Positions 29,704 to 38,320 are shown, counted from the first letter of the stretch. The stretch: 62,000 nucleotides of DNA from Roseibacillus sp. (GCA_002709395.1 PAQU01000054.1:68174-130173); one strand, 5' to 3'. Notes: generated by a model not told the origin, from the sequence alone. Numbers and translations: made by a program.

Positions 29704-30174
29704 ATGGCTTCCAGTAAACTGCGCGCTGCCCAGGAGGAGCAGGACGACGATACGCAGGTGGACATGTCGCCCATGATCGACATGGTCTTCCTGCTGCTGA
29801 TTTTCTTCATCGTCAATGCAACCCTGATCATCGTTGAGATGGACAAGCGGGTGCAGGTTCCGATCGCCCGCTATTCGGAAAAGCAGAATGACAAGATGGG
29901 CCGGATCGTGATCAACGTCTACAGCGATGAGCATGCCGGCGAGGGGCGATTCCGGATGGCAGACGGCAAGGAGGTCTTCGCTGATGACGACGATATGGTA
30001 GATTTTATCAAGAAGCAGAAGGAAGAGTGGACTAAGAAGCAGCAGAAGGCCCGTCTGCATTTGAGGGCTGATGGGAAGGTGCATTTCACGTATGTTCGTC
30101 GTGCGATCCGGGCAGCTGCGGCCGCAGGCATCAATGAGGTTATCTTTGTGAGCCTCTGGTCCCGTAACAATTAA
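29704..30174 (+). CDS. exbD: ExbD/TolR-family protein (paralog 1)
   Basis: Conserved Asp-containing TM helix region MSPMIDMVFLLLIFFIV and a periplasmic domain ending in AGINEVIFV. Confidence 0.85.
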   Translation: MASSKLRAAQEEQDDDTQVDMSPMIDMVFLLLIFFIVNATLIIVEMDKRVQVPIARYSEKQNDKMGRIVINVYSDEHAGEGRFRMADGKEVFADDDDMVDFIKKQKEEWTKKQQKARLHLRADGKVHFTYVRRAIRAAAAAGINEVIFVSLWSRNN

Positions 30175-30196
30175 CCTAGGAGAGAGCCCCGATCCC

Positions 30197-30682
30197 ATGG
30201 CCAGACATCGTCGCGTTACCAACCTCGAGGAAGACAAGCCCGAACTCAGCATTTCTCCGCTCATCGATATCTGTTTTCTGCTTCTTATCTATTTCCTGGT
30301 GACAACCACCATCAAGCAGAAGGAGAGGGACAACAGCATGGCCCTGCCCTCAGCCGCACCTTCCGAGGCTCAGCCGGATATTCAACCCTTCTTTATCAAG
30401 GTCAGCAGCGATGGCCATATCTTTGCAAACGTGGGAGCGGCCCAGGAACTGCTCGACACGGAGGTGCAGGGTGCGGAGCGAACGCTTCCCCTGCTCGATC
30501 AGCGTCTCGAGATCTATGCCGCGGCCGCCAAGGCTGGAAGCAACAAGCCCCTCGTTCAAGTTTACGTGGAAGCCGAGGCCGAACAGCAAAGAGTCTCAGA
30601 TGTTCTCAACCACTTGGCCAAGCACGACATTACTACGGTCACCTTTACGGACCTCGTAGCTCAGGATGAGCAGAACAAATAG
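30197..30682 (+). CDS. exbD: ExbD/TolR-family protein (paralog 2)
   Basis: ISPLIDICFLLLIYFLV TM motif; 22 nt downstream of paralog 1. Confidence 0.85.
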   Translation: MARHRRVTNLEEDKPELSISPLIDICFLLLIYFLVTTTIKQKERDNSMALPSAAPSEAQPDIQPFFIKVSSDGHIFANVGAAQELLDTEVQGAERTLPLLDQRLEIYAAAAKAGSNKPLVQVYVEAEAEQQRVSDVLNHLAKHDITTVTFTDLVAQDEQNK

Positions 30683-30837
30683 GGTATAGTCGCCCTGCCC
30701 CCTTCGCTTGCCTGCAGCGATTTTCTGAGGGATCCTCAGGCACTAACCTAAGAAAATTCCAGTATGTGCGTTGGTATTCTTGCCGGCCGACCCGGTTTTT
30801 GAGAAAATATCCAACCACCCCAGAAATCCCATTCGTC

Positions 30838-33837
30838 ATGATCCAACTCACCAAGAACCGAATCCTGTGTGGCCTTGTGGCCCTTTGCGCCTCGTTCTGC
30901 CTGCCCGGGGAATCACTCGCTCAAGGAGGGGTCGATACCGCCTGGTCCAACTCGTTGACTGCGATGAAGGCCAAGAAGTGGGCGGAAGCCCATGCCATTC
31001 TGGCCAAGGCTGTTGCCACCTATGATGCCCGTGCCAAGACTCTCTTCGGGCCAAAGTTCGGATGGTTCTGGTACCACAAGGGGTATTGCGAACTCAAGCT
31101 CAGGCAATGGGAGGCGGCCATGGAGTCGTTCAAAATGTGCTACACCAAGTATCCCAACAAGAATGCCGGAGGAGCGGGATTGGATGCGGCTACCGCAGGA
31201 AGCTTCAATTTTTATCACAAGAAGGCCCTGCTCAAATGGGGAGATGCGGCTATTGGAGCCCAGGAGTGGGAAGTGGCGATCAAGATGTACAAGAAATTCC
31301 TGCAGGAGCGTGATCCCAAGAAGGACGGCTTCCAGCGGGGGGCTTTTTACGTCAATATGTCGAAGGCTCATTTCAAGCTGTTCCAGGTTCCGGGAGGAAT
31401 TGAAAACCTGGAGATCGCCATCGATAACAAGGAAACCTTCCCCACCCCGGACGAGGGAATAATGGTTGGCTTCCAGGATCTCGTGGAAGCGGTAATCGAG
31501 AAGCAGAATGAGCAGGCCCTGATGGATTTTCTCGACAAGCACCGGTCGGACATCCGGCTGGAGCCATTCAAGATGCACCGGTTTGTTCCCGTTCTCATGA
31601 AGCTCGCCGCGGACGCCCTGACAGCGGAGATGGAACGGTCAGCTTTTGAGCTTTATGCCCTGGTGCCCAGTACCAAGGCGTCCATTGACGACATCAAGGC
31701 CCGTCTCGCACAGGTGGGAACTTTTGAAAACCCCTTTCAGGATCCTCCTAAAAGCAACAGGCAGATTGAAAAGAAGGTCATGGAGGAAGACCTTGAGGAA
31801 CTGAACAAGCAGTGGCGCTCGGGAAACCCCCATGAGGTGATTGCGACAGCGGCCACGGCCTACATTCACGAACAATATGGCAATGTTCGCGGTGCCTTTG
31901 CGGCCTACGAGCAGCTTGAGCTCTACTACAACAAGGCGACGAAGCGCGAAGAGTACCTCTACAACCTTGTGCGGACCTCGGCTATTATCGGCGAAGTGCT
32001 GGTGACCGAAAAATACGGAAGCCTGTTCCTGAAAACCTTCCCTGACAGCAAGCATGTGGAGTCGGTGCGCAGCATGATGCTGACCAGCCTTTTCATGGAA
32101 GGGGAGTATGAGAAATGCATTGAGGTTGCCACTGTCATGCTTCCCAAGCTGGCCTCACCATCCAAGCAGCATGATATCTGCCTGCATGTGCTGGGGGGAA
32201 GTTACTATTACACGGCTCAGTATGATATTGCCCGCAAGTATCTCGACGAACATGTGGAAATGTATGAGAAGAGCCAGTTCCGCATGGCTTCGCTCTACTT
32301 CCAAGGGTCGAATCTCTCCCGGCTCCAGTACTGGGGCAAGGCTGCTGAGCTTCTTGACGCCTTTCTTTCCAAGTATCCGGACCCGGGAAAGAATATCTAT
32401 CTACCCTTTGCCCTCTATGACCGTGCGAACTGCCATTTTGCCGAGGATGAGCTGGACCCTGCGCTTGTGAAGATCAACCGCCTGGAGAGCGAGTTTCCCA
32501 ACAGCGATATCATGGACATGGCCTTTAACCTGAAAGGTAATGTCCTCCAGACCCAGGAGGAATGGGATCCTGCTGAAACCTATTACAAGAAAGCGATGGA
32601 ACTCGCCAAACGCCGGGAGAACACAATCGTGGTGGGTGAGTCGCTGTTTTATCTCGTCGGGTTGCTGGGTCAGGAGAAACGGGGAAAGGAGGAGAATCCG
32701 CGGGTAAAGGATGCGGTGCCCTACTACGATGAATTCTGGAAGGACCACGGGTCCGCGTCGCCTTACAAGGCCCAGACCGCGGTGGCCGGCGTACACCCCC
32801 TGACCGTTGTAGGCCGGGAGGATGAGGCCCTGGAAAGGCTGCAGGGAGTTATCGCAGAGCTTGCCTCGGTGGCTGGGGCCTTTGGGTTGGAGGAGGCTAT
32901 CAATTCCTATACCCGGGCCTACCTGAAAAACAATAGTGAGGATCAGCTGAAGGAGCACTACTACAACTTCCCGGGAATTGATGCCGGGAACAAGGAAGCT
33001 CAGGCCCTTCTGCGTATCGCCCTGATCACCGTGTTTGAGGAAAAAGGGAAGAAGGCAGACAAGGAAGAGAATGCGAACGACAAGCGCCTTGCGGACGCGA
33101 TGGTGAAGGTTCTTTTTGCGGACCTTAAGGATGAGTTCCAGCCAGCCCAGCTGACTAACTATGTTCTGGTGCGCCTCGGGGACTACCTGCGTGAAATGAC
33201 CAGCAGCCCCCGGGCGGCCCTGACTTACTATACCGAGGTGGTCAGTCGTGAAGACCAGTCCTACCGGTTTAATGCGAATTTCGGCCTGGCCGACATCCTG
33301 GGGGACTCACAAAGTGCAACTGAAAAGCAGAAGGCAGTGGAAAGCCTTGAGCACGTCTACAAGAACGCCCCGCAGAAGAAGCAGCAGGAAAGAGCGCTTT
33401 ACCGGATTGTCAGTATTCTGGCAGCAAAGAAAGACTGGGGGGATGTAACTACCCGCGCCAAGGAATACCTGACGAGTGAAGGTTATCGTCGCTATGCCGC
33501 CGAAGTCTCATTAATGCTGGCGGAGTCCTATGACAACCGGAGCCTGAAGGAAGACGCGATTGCGGCCTACAACAATACCTGGGCGAGTTATACCGGAATG
33601 ATCCGGATCTCTGCCCCTGCGATGAAGCGGGTGATGGAGCTGGTCTGGGCCCGGAACAAGGGGTCGGATCATCAGCAGGCCTACGAAATCGGCTACAAGT
33701 TCTGTAAGTCGACCGTACGTCTCCAGTCCCAGATGAAGGACGAGGAGAAGGCTATGTGGGAAGAGGTCAGGGAACTCGTTCAGGAGTACGAGGATCATAG
33801 CTCCACCGAGAAAATTGTAGAGGAGAAGAAAAAATAG
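30838..33837 (+). CDS. Large (~1000-aa) periplasmic TPR-repeat protein
   Basis: Signal peptide (LCGLVALCASFCLPGESLAQ) begins at the ATG at 30838. The whole length is helical-repeat-like, with recurrent W/Y..A...F/Y TPR-type patterns. Confidence 0.75.
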   Translation: MIQLTKNRILCGLVALCASFCLPGESLAQGGVDTAWSNSLTAMKAKKWAEAHAILAKAVATYDARAKTLFGPKFGWFWYHKGYCELKLRQWEAAMESFKMCYTKYPNKNAGGAGLDAATAGSFNFYHKKALLKWGDAAIGAQEWEVAIKMYKKFLQERDPKKDGFQRGAFYVNMSKAHFKLFQVPGGIENLEIAIDNKETFPTPDEGIMVGFQDLVEAVIEKQNEQALMDFLDKHRSDIRLEPFKMHRFVPVLMKLAADALTAEMERSAFELYALVPSTKASIDDIKARLAQVGTFENPFQDPPKSNRQIEKKVMEEDLEELNKQWRSGNPHEVIATAATAYIHEQYGNVRGAFAAYEQLELYYNKATKREEYLYNLVRTSAIIGEVLVTEKYGSLFLKTFPDSKHVESVRSMMLTSLFMEGEYEKCIEVATVMLPKLASPSKQHDICLHVLGGSYYYTAQYDIARKYLDEHVEMYEKSQFRMASLYFQGSNLSRLQYWGKAAELLDAFLSKYPDPGKNIYLPFALYDRANCHFAEDELDPALVKINRLESEFPNSDIMDMAFNLKGNVLQTQEEWDPAETYYKKAMELAKRRENTIVVGESLFYLVGLLGQEKRGKEENPRVKDAVPYYDEFWKDHGSASPYKAQTAVAGVHPLTVVGREDEALERLQGVIAELASVAGAFGLEEAINSYTRAYLKNNSEDQLKEHYYNFPGIDAGNKEAQALLRIALITVFEEKGKKADKEENANDKRLADAMVKVLFADLKDEFQPAQLTNYVLVRLGDYLREMTSSPRAALTYYTEVVSREDQSYRFNANFGLADILGDSQSATEKQKAVESLEHVYKNAPQKKQQERALYRIVSILAAKKDWGDVTTRAKEYLTSEGYRRYAAEVSLMLAESYDNRSLKEDAIAAYNNTWASYTGMIRISAPAMKRVMELVWARNKGSDHQQAYEIGYKFCKSTVRLQSQMKDEEKAMWEEVRELVQEYEDHSSTEKIVEEKKK

Positions 33838-33877
33838 CCGCGGGGCGACCAAGGCGAACACCTAACCGACTGAGATC

Positions 33878-34888
33878 ATGAACAAACTAGTTTTCAGCCT
33901 GACCCTTCTCATTGCCTCTGCGGCAAAGGTTGCTGCCGCGGATGCCATGGCCGTAATCAGCTACATCGAACCGATCAGCAAGCAGGAGGACGTCCTGAAG
34001 GTGTGGATCACCGCGGCGAGTACAACGCAGGTTGAATACAAGACGACGCCGCAGAGCCTGAACCGGACCCGGCTCAAACGTTCGGCTATCAAATCGATAT
34101 ACTTCTTTGAGCCGCCTGTCTTCAAGGAGGCGATGGATCTCTATGAGAGCCGGGATTACCGGGGGGCACGTGATAAATTTTCCGAGTGCAAGACAGCTTA
34201 CGATAAGCTGGACAACATCAAGGGTAACTACAGCACCTTGGCAGGGTTCTACGAGATGGAAACATGTCGCAAGATCTTTGACCTTGAGGCTCTCAACAAG
34301 CTGCTGGACGTTTATCAGGCTGATACCCTGCAGAGGGAGCACCAGCGGAACCAGCTGGAAGTGTATGCGGTCTGGGATGCGGTACGAACCAAAAGCTGGG
34401 CGCGGCTCGATGCCCTCGCCACGGAAATAGTGGTTAAGAAGCAGTGGATCGGAGAGCACCTGGCCCAAATCAAGTACTGTCACGGGCTTGCTCTTGAAGG
34501 GTTGGGTCGTGATACGGATGCCCTGATTGCCTTTAGCGGAGCCTTTACCGCGGATTACACAGCGTCGGAAGAGCTGACCCAGGCGGCGGCTCTGGCCTGC
34601 CTCAGGGTTATCAAGGCAAATGATGAGGTGAGGCTGGCGATCCAGCTATGGGGGACGGAGGATGAAGATCCTAACGCACCCGGCTATTTTCTTCTGCAGG
34701 AGGCAGTTGCGATGTGTGATCTCTGGAAAAAATCCCTTGGGAGCGGGAAGCCGCTCCCTGCGGAATTCTCCTCGTTCCTGCGTTACCGCGAGGACAATAA
34801 GCCTAAGCCGAAACCCAAGGCTGCCGCTGAGAAGCCAGCGGAGGAAGATGGGGAAGATGGGGAAGATGGGGAAGACCCCGAGGAATAA
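33878..34888 (+). CDS. Secreted helical (TPR-like) protein with KP-rich and acidic GED-repeat tail
   Basis: Signal peptide MNKLVFSLTLLIASAAKVAAADA, TPR-like segment AMDLYESRDYRGARDKFSE, and the tail NKPKPKPKAAAEKPAEEDGEDGEDGEDPEE. It starts 40 nt after the TPR gene. Confidence 0.55.
   Translation: MNKLVFSLTLLIASAAKVAAADAMAVISYIEPISKQEDVLKVWITAASTTQVEYKTTPQSLNRTRLKRSAIKSIYFFEPPVFKEAMDLYESRDYRGARDKFSECKTAYDKLDNIKGNYSTLAGFYEMETCRKIFDLEALNKLLDVYQADTLQREHQRNQLEVYAVWDAVRTKSWARLDALATEIVVKKQWIGEHLAQIKYCHGLALEGLGRDTDALIAFSGAFTADYTASEELTQAAALACLRVIKANDEVRLAIQLWGTEDEDPNAPGYFLLQEAVAMCDLWKKSLGSGKPLPAEFSSFLRYREDNKPKPKPKAAAEKPAEEDGEDGEDGEDPEE
34844..34876 (+). repeat. 9-bp tandem repeat (gaagatggg x3.6) encoding the (EDG)n tail
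   Basis: Read directly: gaagatggg gaagatggg gaagatggg gaagac. Confidence 0.8.
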
Positions 34889-34940
34889 TTCGGGCGTGTA
34901 ACCCTGCCTCAAGGAGGCTGCGATTCGTGGGGCTCGCTTC

Positions 34941-34970
34941 TGGGCTCAGGGAAATTGGGCTCAGGGAAAT
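34941..34970. repeat. Perfect 15-bp tandem duplication (tgggctcagggaaat x2) in a convergent intergenic spacer
   Basis: Read directly. It is flanked by further ctcagg-like fragments. Confidence 0.8.
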
Positions 34971-34978
34971 CTCAGGAC

Positions 34979-35347
34979 TCAGGCGCTTGGCTTGGCATTT
35001 CGGCCTTCGTCGATGAGGTGCCAGAACTGCTTGGATTGCGCTAGTTCCTCGTCTTCGCCCCCGAAGGGAAGCTTGGATCGGAAAAGAAAGTCCTGAAAGG
35101 TGTTCTTGTGAAGGACGCGGTGAACCTTCACATGGTCATCAAGGACCTCAAAATAGAAACGCCAGTCCCGGGAGCGGAATCGATAGAGCTCCTTTCCATC
35201 TCTCTCGATTTTTCCGAAACGCTCATCCTCAAGGTGCTGAAGATCTTCTTCACGGACCTTGAATTCATCGAGGAGTTCAAGCTGTTCCAGTGTGCCGAGC
35301 TGGGAGATCTCGGCCGCGCTGATTTCATTGAAGACAATCTGGAGCAC
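34979..35347 (-). CDS. RelE/ParE-fold-like small protein with C-terminal extension (tentative)
   Basis: KELYRFRSRDWRFYFEVLDDHVKVHRVLHKN resembles the 'LYELRxxDYRIxYxI..d..v.Ilrv.hR' core of RelE/ParE/Gp49-type toxins. GTG start, and no partner ORF is visible. Confidence 0.4.
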   Translation of the reverse strand: MLQIVFNEISAAEISQLGTLEQLELLDEFKVREEDLQHLEDERFGKIERDGKELYRFRSRDWRFYFEVLDDHVKVHRVLHKNTFQDFLFRSKLPFGGEDEELAQSKQFWHLIDEGRNAKPSA

Positions 35348-35424
35348 GGGGGATGCTACACCGTAGCGAGGAAGAGGAAATGGGAAAAAGGCCGATGATT
35401 CCCTCCGCTGGCAGGGAAACGGCG

Positions 35425-35532
35425 TTCTAGTGATCGTTCTAGTGATCGTTCTAGTGATCGTGGGAGTGATCGTGGGAGTGATCGTGGGAGTGATCGTGAG
35501 AGTGATCGTGAGAGTGATCGTGGGAGTGAGGG
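35425..35532 (-). repeat. 12-bp tandem repeat array (~9 units) spanning the larC stop codon
   Basis: There are three identical ttctagtgatcg units, three tgggagtgatcg units, two tgagagtgatcg units and one degenerate unit. The coding units give (HSHD)n. The three 3'-most units each carry an in-frame TAG. Confidence 0.9.
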
Positions 35533-36707
35533 AGTTTCAAGGTGTGGGCGGCTTCGTGCTCCACGTGGTGAAAAATTTCGCGAAGCGGGATGCCACTCTC
35601 GGCAGCTGCCTGGCGGCAGTCTTCGTATTCCGGGGTGACGCGAGACTGCCCGCCGGGGAGGGTCGCGATTTTCACCCGGATCCGGCCGTATTTGGTTTCC
35701 ACGGCCTCGCTTCGCCGGGGCAGGGAGTTGCGCTGCACGTTCTGACGGCGAACTCCGAGAGTGGAACTTTCGTGAAAAAGGAGGTGCTCAAGGGGGTTGG
35801 CGTGCTGAGGTTTGGCAAGGACCTGGACAAGTGTTCCGGGGCGCCCTTTCTTCATCTGGGCGGGAATGATCGAAACGTCGAGGGCACCGGAATCCATCAG
35901 CTGGCTGGCCAGATGCCCTACGAGCTCGGGGGATTCATCGTCGAGATTGGTTTCCAGTTGAACCAGGGTTTCGGTGAGAAGCTCGGGGGAACCCGTAGAG
36001 TTGCCAAGGATCAGTCTCAGGACGTTGGGGATCTCGAGATCATTGCTGCCCGCCCCGTATCCGATTGCATCGAGAGTGAGGGAAGGGATGGGGCCGAAGC
36101 TGTCAGCTACTTCCGAGAGGACGGCCGCCCCGGTTGGGGTCACCAGCTCCGCATCGATGTGGGTTCCCGCGACCGGGCATCCCTTCATGAGTGCAAGGGC
36201 AGCGGGTGCGGGCAGGGGGATCTGGCCGTGTGCTCCTGAGACAAACCCACGGCCGAGAGGGAAAGGTGAGACATGGACCTTTTCGATTCCCAGCACTTCC
36301 AAGCCGGCAAGAGTTCCACAGACATCAACGATGGCATCGACGCCGCCGACTTCATGCAGGTGCACCTTGTCGACAGTGGAATCATGAATGGCGGCCTCGG
36401 CCTCGCAGATCCGGGTGAAGATACGGATAGCGGTTTTCTTGACCGGATCAGATAGATCGCTGTCCTCCACTACCTTCCGAAGGTCGGCAAGGTGGCGCTC
36501 CGGGGTGTCATCATGGACGTGGACATCCACCTTGACGGCACTGAAGGCATTTTTAGAGACGCGATCGATGTGAAGGTGGAAGTCCTTGAGGTGGAGTTTG
36601 GCGAGCTCCGCCTTGAGTTCTTCCGGGGGAAGCCCTGCGTCTACGAGGGCTCCCAGCATCATGTCCCCGCTTGCTCCCGCAATACAGTCGAAGTAGGCCG
36701 TGCGCAT
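35451..36707 (-). CDS. larC: Nickel-pincer cofactor biosynthesis protein LarC (nickel insertase), single-ORF form with His/Asp-rich tail
   Basis: N-terminus MRTAYFDCIAGASGDMMLGALVDAG (DUF111 signature) begins at the ATG at 36707. The C-terminal tail is HSHDHSHDHSHDHSHDHSHDHSHDH. Confidence 0.88.
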   Translation of the reverse strand: MRTAYFDCIAGASGDMMLGALVDAGLPPEELKAELAKLHLKDFHLHIDRVSKNAFSAVKVDVHVHDDTPERHLADLRKVVEDSDLSDPVKKTAIRIFTRICEAEAAIHDSTVDKVHLHEVGGVDAIVDVCGTLAGLEVLGIEKVHVSPFPLGRGFVSGAHGQIPLPAPAALALMKGCPVAGTHIDAELVTPTGAAVLSEVADSFGPIPSLTLDAIGYGAGSNDLEIPNVLRLILGNSTGSPELLTETLVQLETNLDDESPELVGHLASQLMDSGALDVSIIPAQMKKGRPGTLVQVLAKPQHANPLEHLLFHESSTLGVRRQNVQRNSLPRRSEAVETKYGRIRVKIATLPGGQSRVTPEYEDCRQAAAESGIPLREIFHHVEHEAAHTLKLPHSHDHSHDHSHDHSHDHSHDHSHDH

Positions 36708-36761
36708 AGATTGATTGGAGCGGGGATTTGAATGGAAGAAAAGCCCCAAGGGGCGGTGCTG

Positions 36762-37520
36762 TCAGACAGGGGCTGCCGAGCTGAGGATGGAGCTTGCCAC
36801 CATTGCGGCCCCGAAACCGTTGTCAATGTTGACCACCGATACTCCGGAGGCGCAGGAAGACAACATGGCGCGGAGGGCCGCTTCCCCTCCCCGTGAGACG
36901 CCGTATCCGACGCTGGTGGGAACCCCAATGACTGGACATGCGACCAGACCACCAATGACGCTGGTCAAGGCTCCCTCCATTCCTGCGACGCTGAGGATAA
37001 CGCCCGCGCCCCGGAGTTTTTCCAGCTTGGCGAGCAGGCGGTGGAGCCCGGCGACGCCCACATCCGTGAGGCGCTCGACGCGGTGTCCGAGGAACTCAAG
37101 GGTCTGTGAGGCTTCCTCAGCCACCGGGAGATCTGAAGTTCCTGCGCATGCGACCACCGCATAGGGATGGCTGCTGGGCTCGGGCCGGGAACCCATGGTG
37201 ATAAGGCGGGAGATGCTGTTGTACCCGGCTTCAGGGAGAGCCTCTGCCACTGCCCGCGCCTTGCGGCGGGAGACGCGTGTGGCGAGGGCCCGGTTGTGAG
37301 ACTGGAAGATACAACTGAGAATCTCAATAAGCTGTTCAGCGCTCTTGCCTGCCCCGTAGACGACCTCGGGGACGCCCTGGCGCAGTTCTCGATGGGTATC
37401 GAGGGTGGTGTGCCCAAGTTCGCAGAAGGGGAGTTGCTTCAGGTTGTCGAGGGCTTCTGCAGTCGAGATCTCCCCGGCTGCGACCCGTGCCAGAAGTTCC
37501 TCAAGGTGTTCGGTTTTCAT
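36762..37520 (-). CDS. larB: Nickel-pincer cofactor biosynthesis protein LarB (PurE-like NaAD carboxylase/hydrolase)
   Basis: PurE-like core VVACAGTSDLPVAEEA...ILSVAGMEGALTSVIGGLV...VIGVPTS. Its start overlaps the larE stop (ATGA). Confidence 0.9.
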   Translation of the reverse strand: MKTEHLEELLARVAAGEISTAEALDNLKQLPFCELGHTTLDTHRELRQGVPEVVYGAGKSAEQLIEILSCIFQSHNRALATRVSRRKARAVAEALPEAGYNSISRLITMGSRPEPSSHPYAVVACAGTSDLPVAEEASQTLEFLGHRVERLTDVGVAGLHRLLAKLEKLRGAGVILSVAGMEGALTSVIGGLVACPVIGVPTSVGYGVSRGGEAALRAMLSSCASGVSVVNIDNGFGAAMVASSILSSAAPV

Positions 37521-38320
37521 TTCTTCCTGAGGGCGTCATTCATACTGCCGGAGCGGAACCCGGCAAGGTCGAGAGAGGCATAGAGAAACCCTGCCTCCTT
37601 CATGGCGGCGATGATCTGTTCTCCCTGTTCCACGGCTCGAGGGAGCTCGTCAGGACTTACCTCGATGCGGGCTACCTGGTCATGATGGCGAACTCGCAAC
37701 TCCCGGAAGCCAAGTTTGCGCAGGGAGTCCTCGGCCTGCTCCACCTGAGCCAGTTTCTCCGGGGTGACCTCCGAACCGTAGGGGACCCGGGACGAGAGGC
37801 AGGCGTTCGCGGGGCGGTTCCAGTTGGAGAGGCCCAGTTCCCGCGCCCAGTTCCGGATTTCCTCCTTGCCGACCCCGGCTTCCTGGAGAGGACTGCGGAC
37901 CCCGTGTTCCCTCGCGGCTCGAAGGCCGGGGCGATGGTCTCCGATATCGTCCGCATTGGTGCCGTCCAGGATCCAGTCGAACCCTCTTTCGCGGGCGAAG
38001 TCGATGAGGCATTGGTAAACATTGGTCTTGCAAAAGTAGCAGCGCTGCGGGTCGTTGCGCTGGTAGCGGGGGTCCTCGGTCTCCTTACTCCTGACCAGTT
38101 CGTGGTCGGCTCCTATCTCCCGGGCAATATTCCGGGCTGCCTCGAGGTCACTTCGGGCCAGGCTGGGGGAGACGGCGGTAATGGCTACCGCATTGGCCCC
38201 GAGCCTCTCGGCGGCCAGTCGTAGGACGAGGGTGCTGTCGATCCCGCCGGAGAAGGCGACCAGAACGCGGCCACAATCCTTGATGATCTTGGAGGCGAGG
38301 TGACGGGGAGAATCATTCAT
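37517..38320 (-). CDS. larE: Nickel-pincer cofactor biosynthesis protein LarE (ATP-dependent sulfur transferase)
   Basis: PP-loop VAFSGGIDST, a CxxC pair (RCYFCK, C94/C97 by my count) and ACLSSR (C174). Confidence 0.9.
   Translation of the reverse strand: MNDSPRHLASKIIKDCGRVLVAFSGGIDSTLVLRLAAERLGANAVAITAVSPSLARSDLEAARNIAREIGADHELVRSKETEDPRYQRNDPQRCYFCKTNVYQCLIDFARERGFDWILDGTNADDIGDHRPGLRAAREHGVRSPLQEAGVGKEEIRNWARELGLSNWNRPANACLSSRVPYGSEVTPEKLAQVEQAEDSLRKLGFRELRVRHHDQVARIEVSPDELPRAVEQGEQIIAAMKEAGFLYASLDLAGFRSGSMNDALRKK

Noticed and set aside
35425-35532. Regularly spaced short repeats as a possible CRISPR array
   Set aside because: The units are contiguous 12-mers with no spacers, lie in frame in larC and encode HSHD. 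This is a coding microsatellite, not a CRISPR array.
35430-36239. 269-aa + strand ORF beginning with (VIVG/VIVR) repeats
   Set aside because: It is the reverse-strand reading of the larC His/Asp repeat and larC body. larC on the minus strand carries the DUF111 signature.
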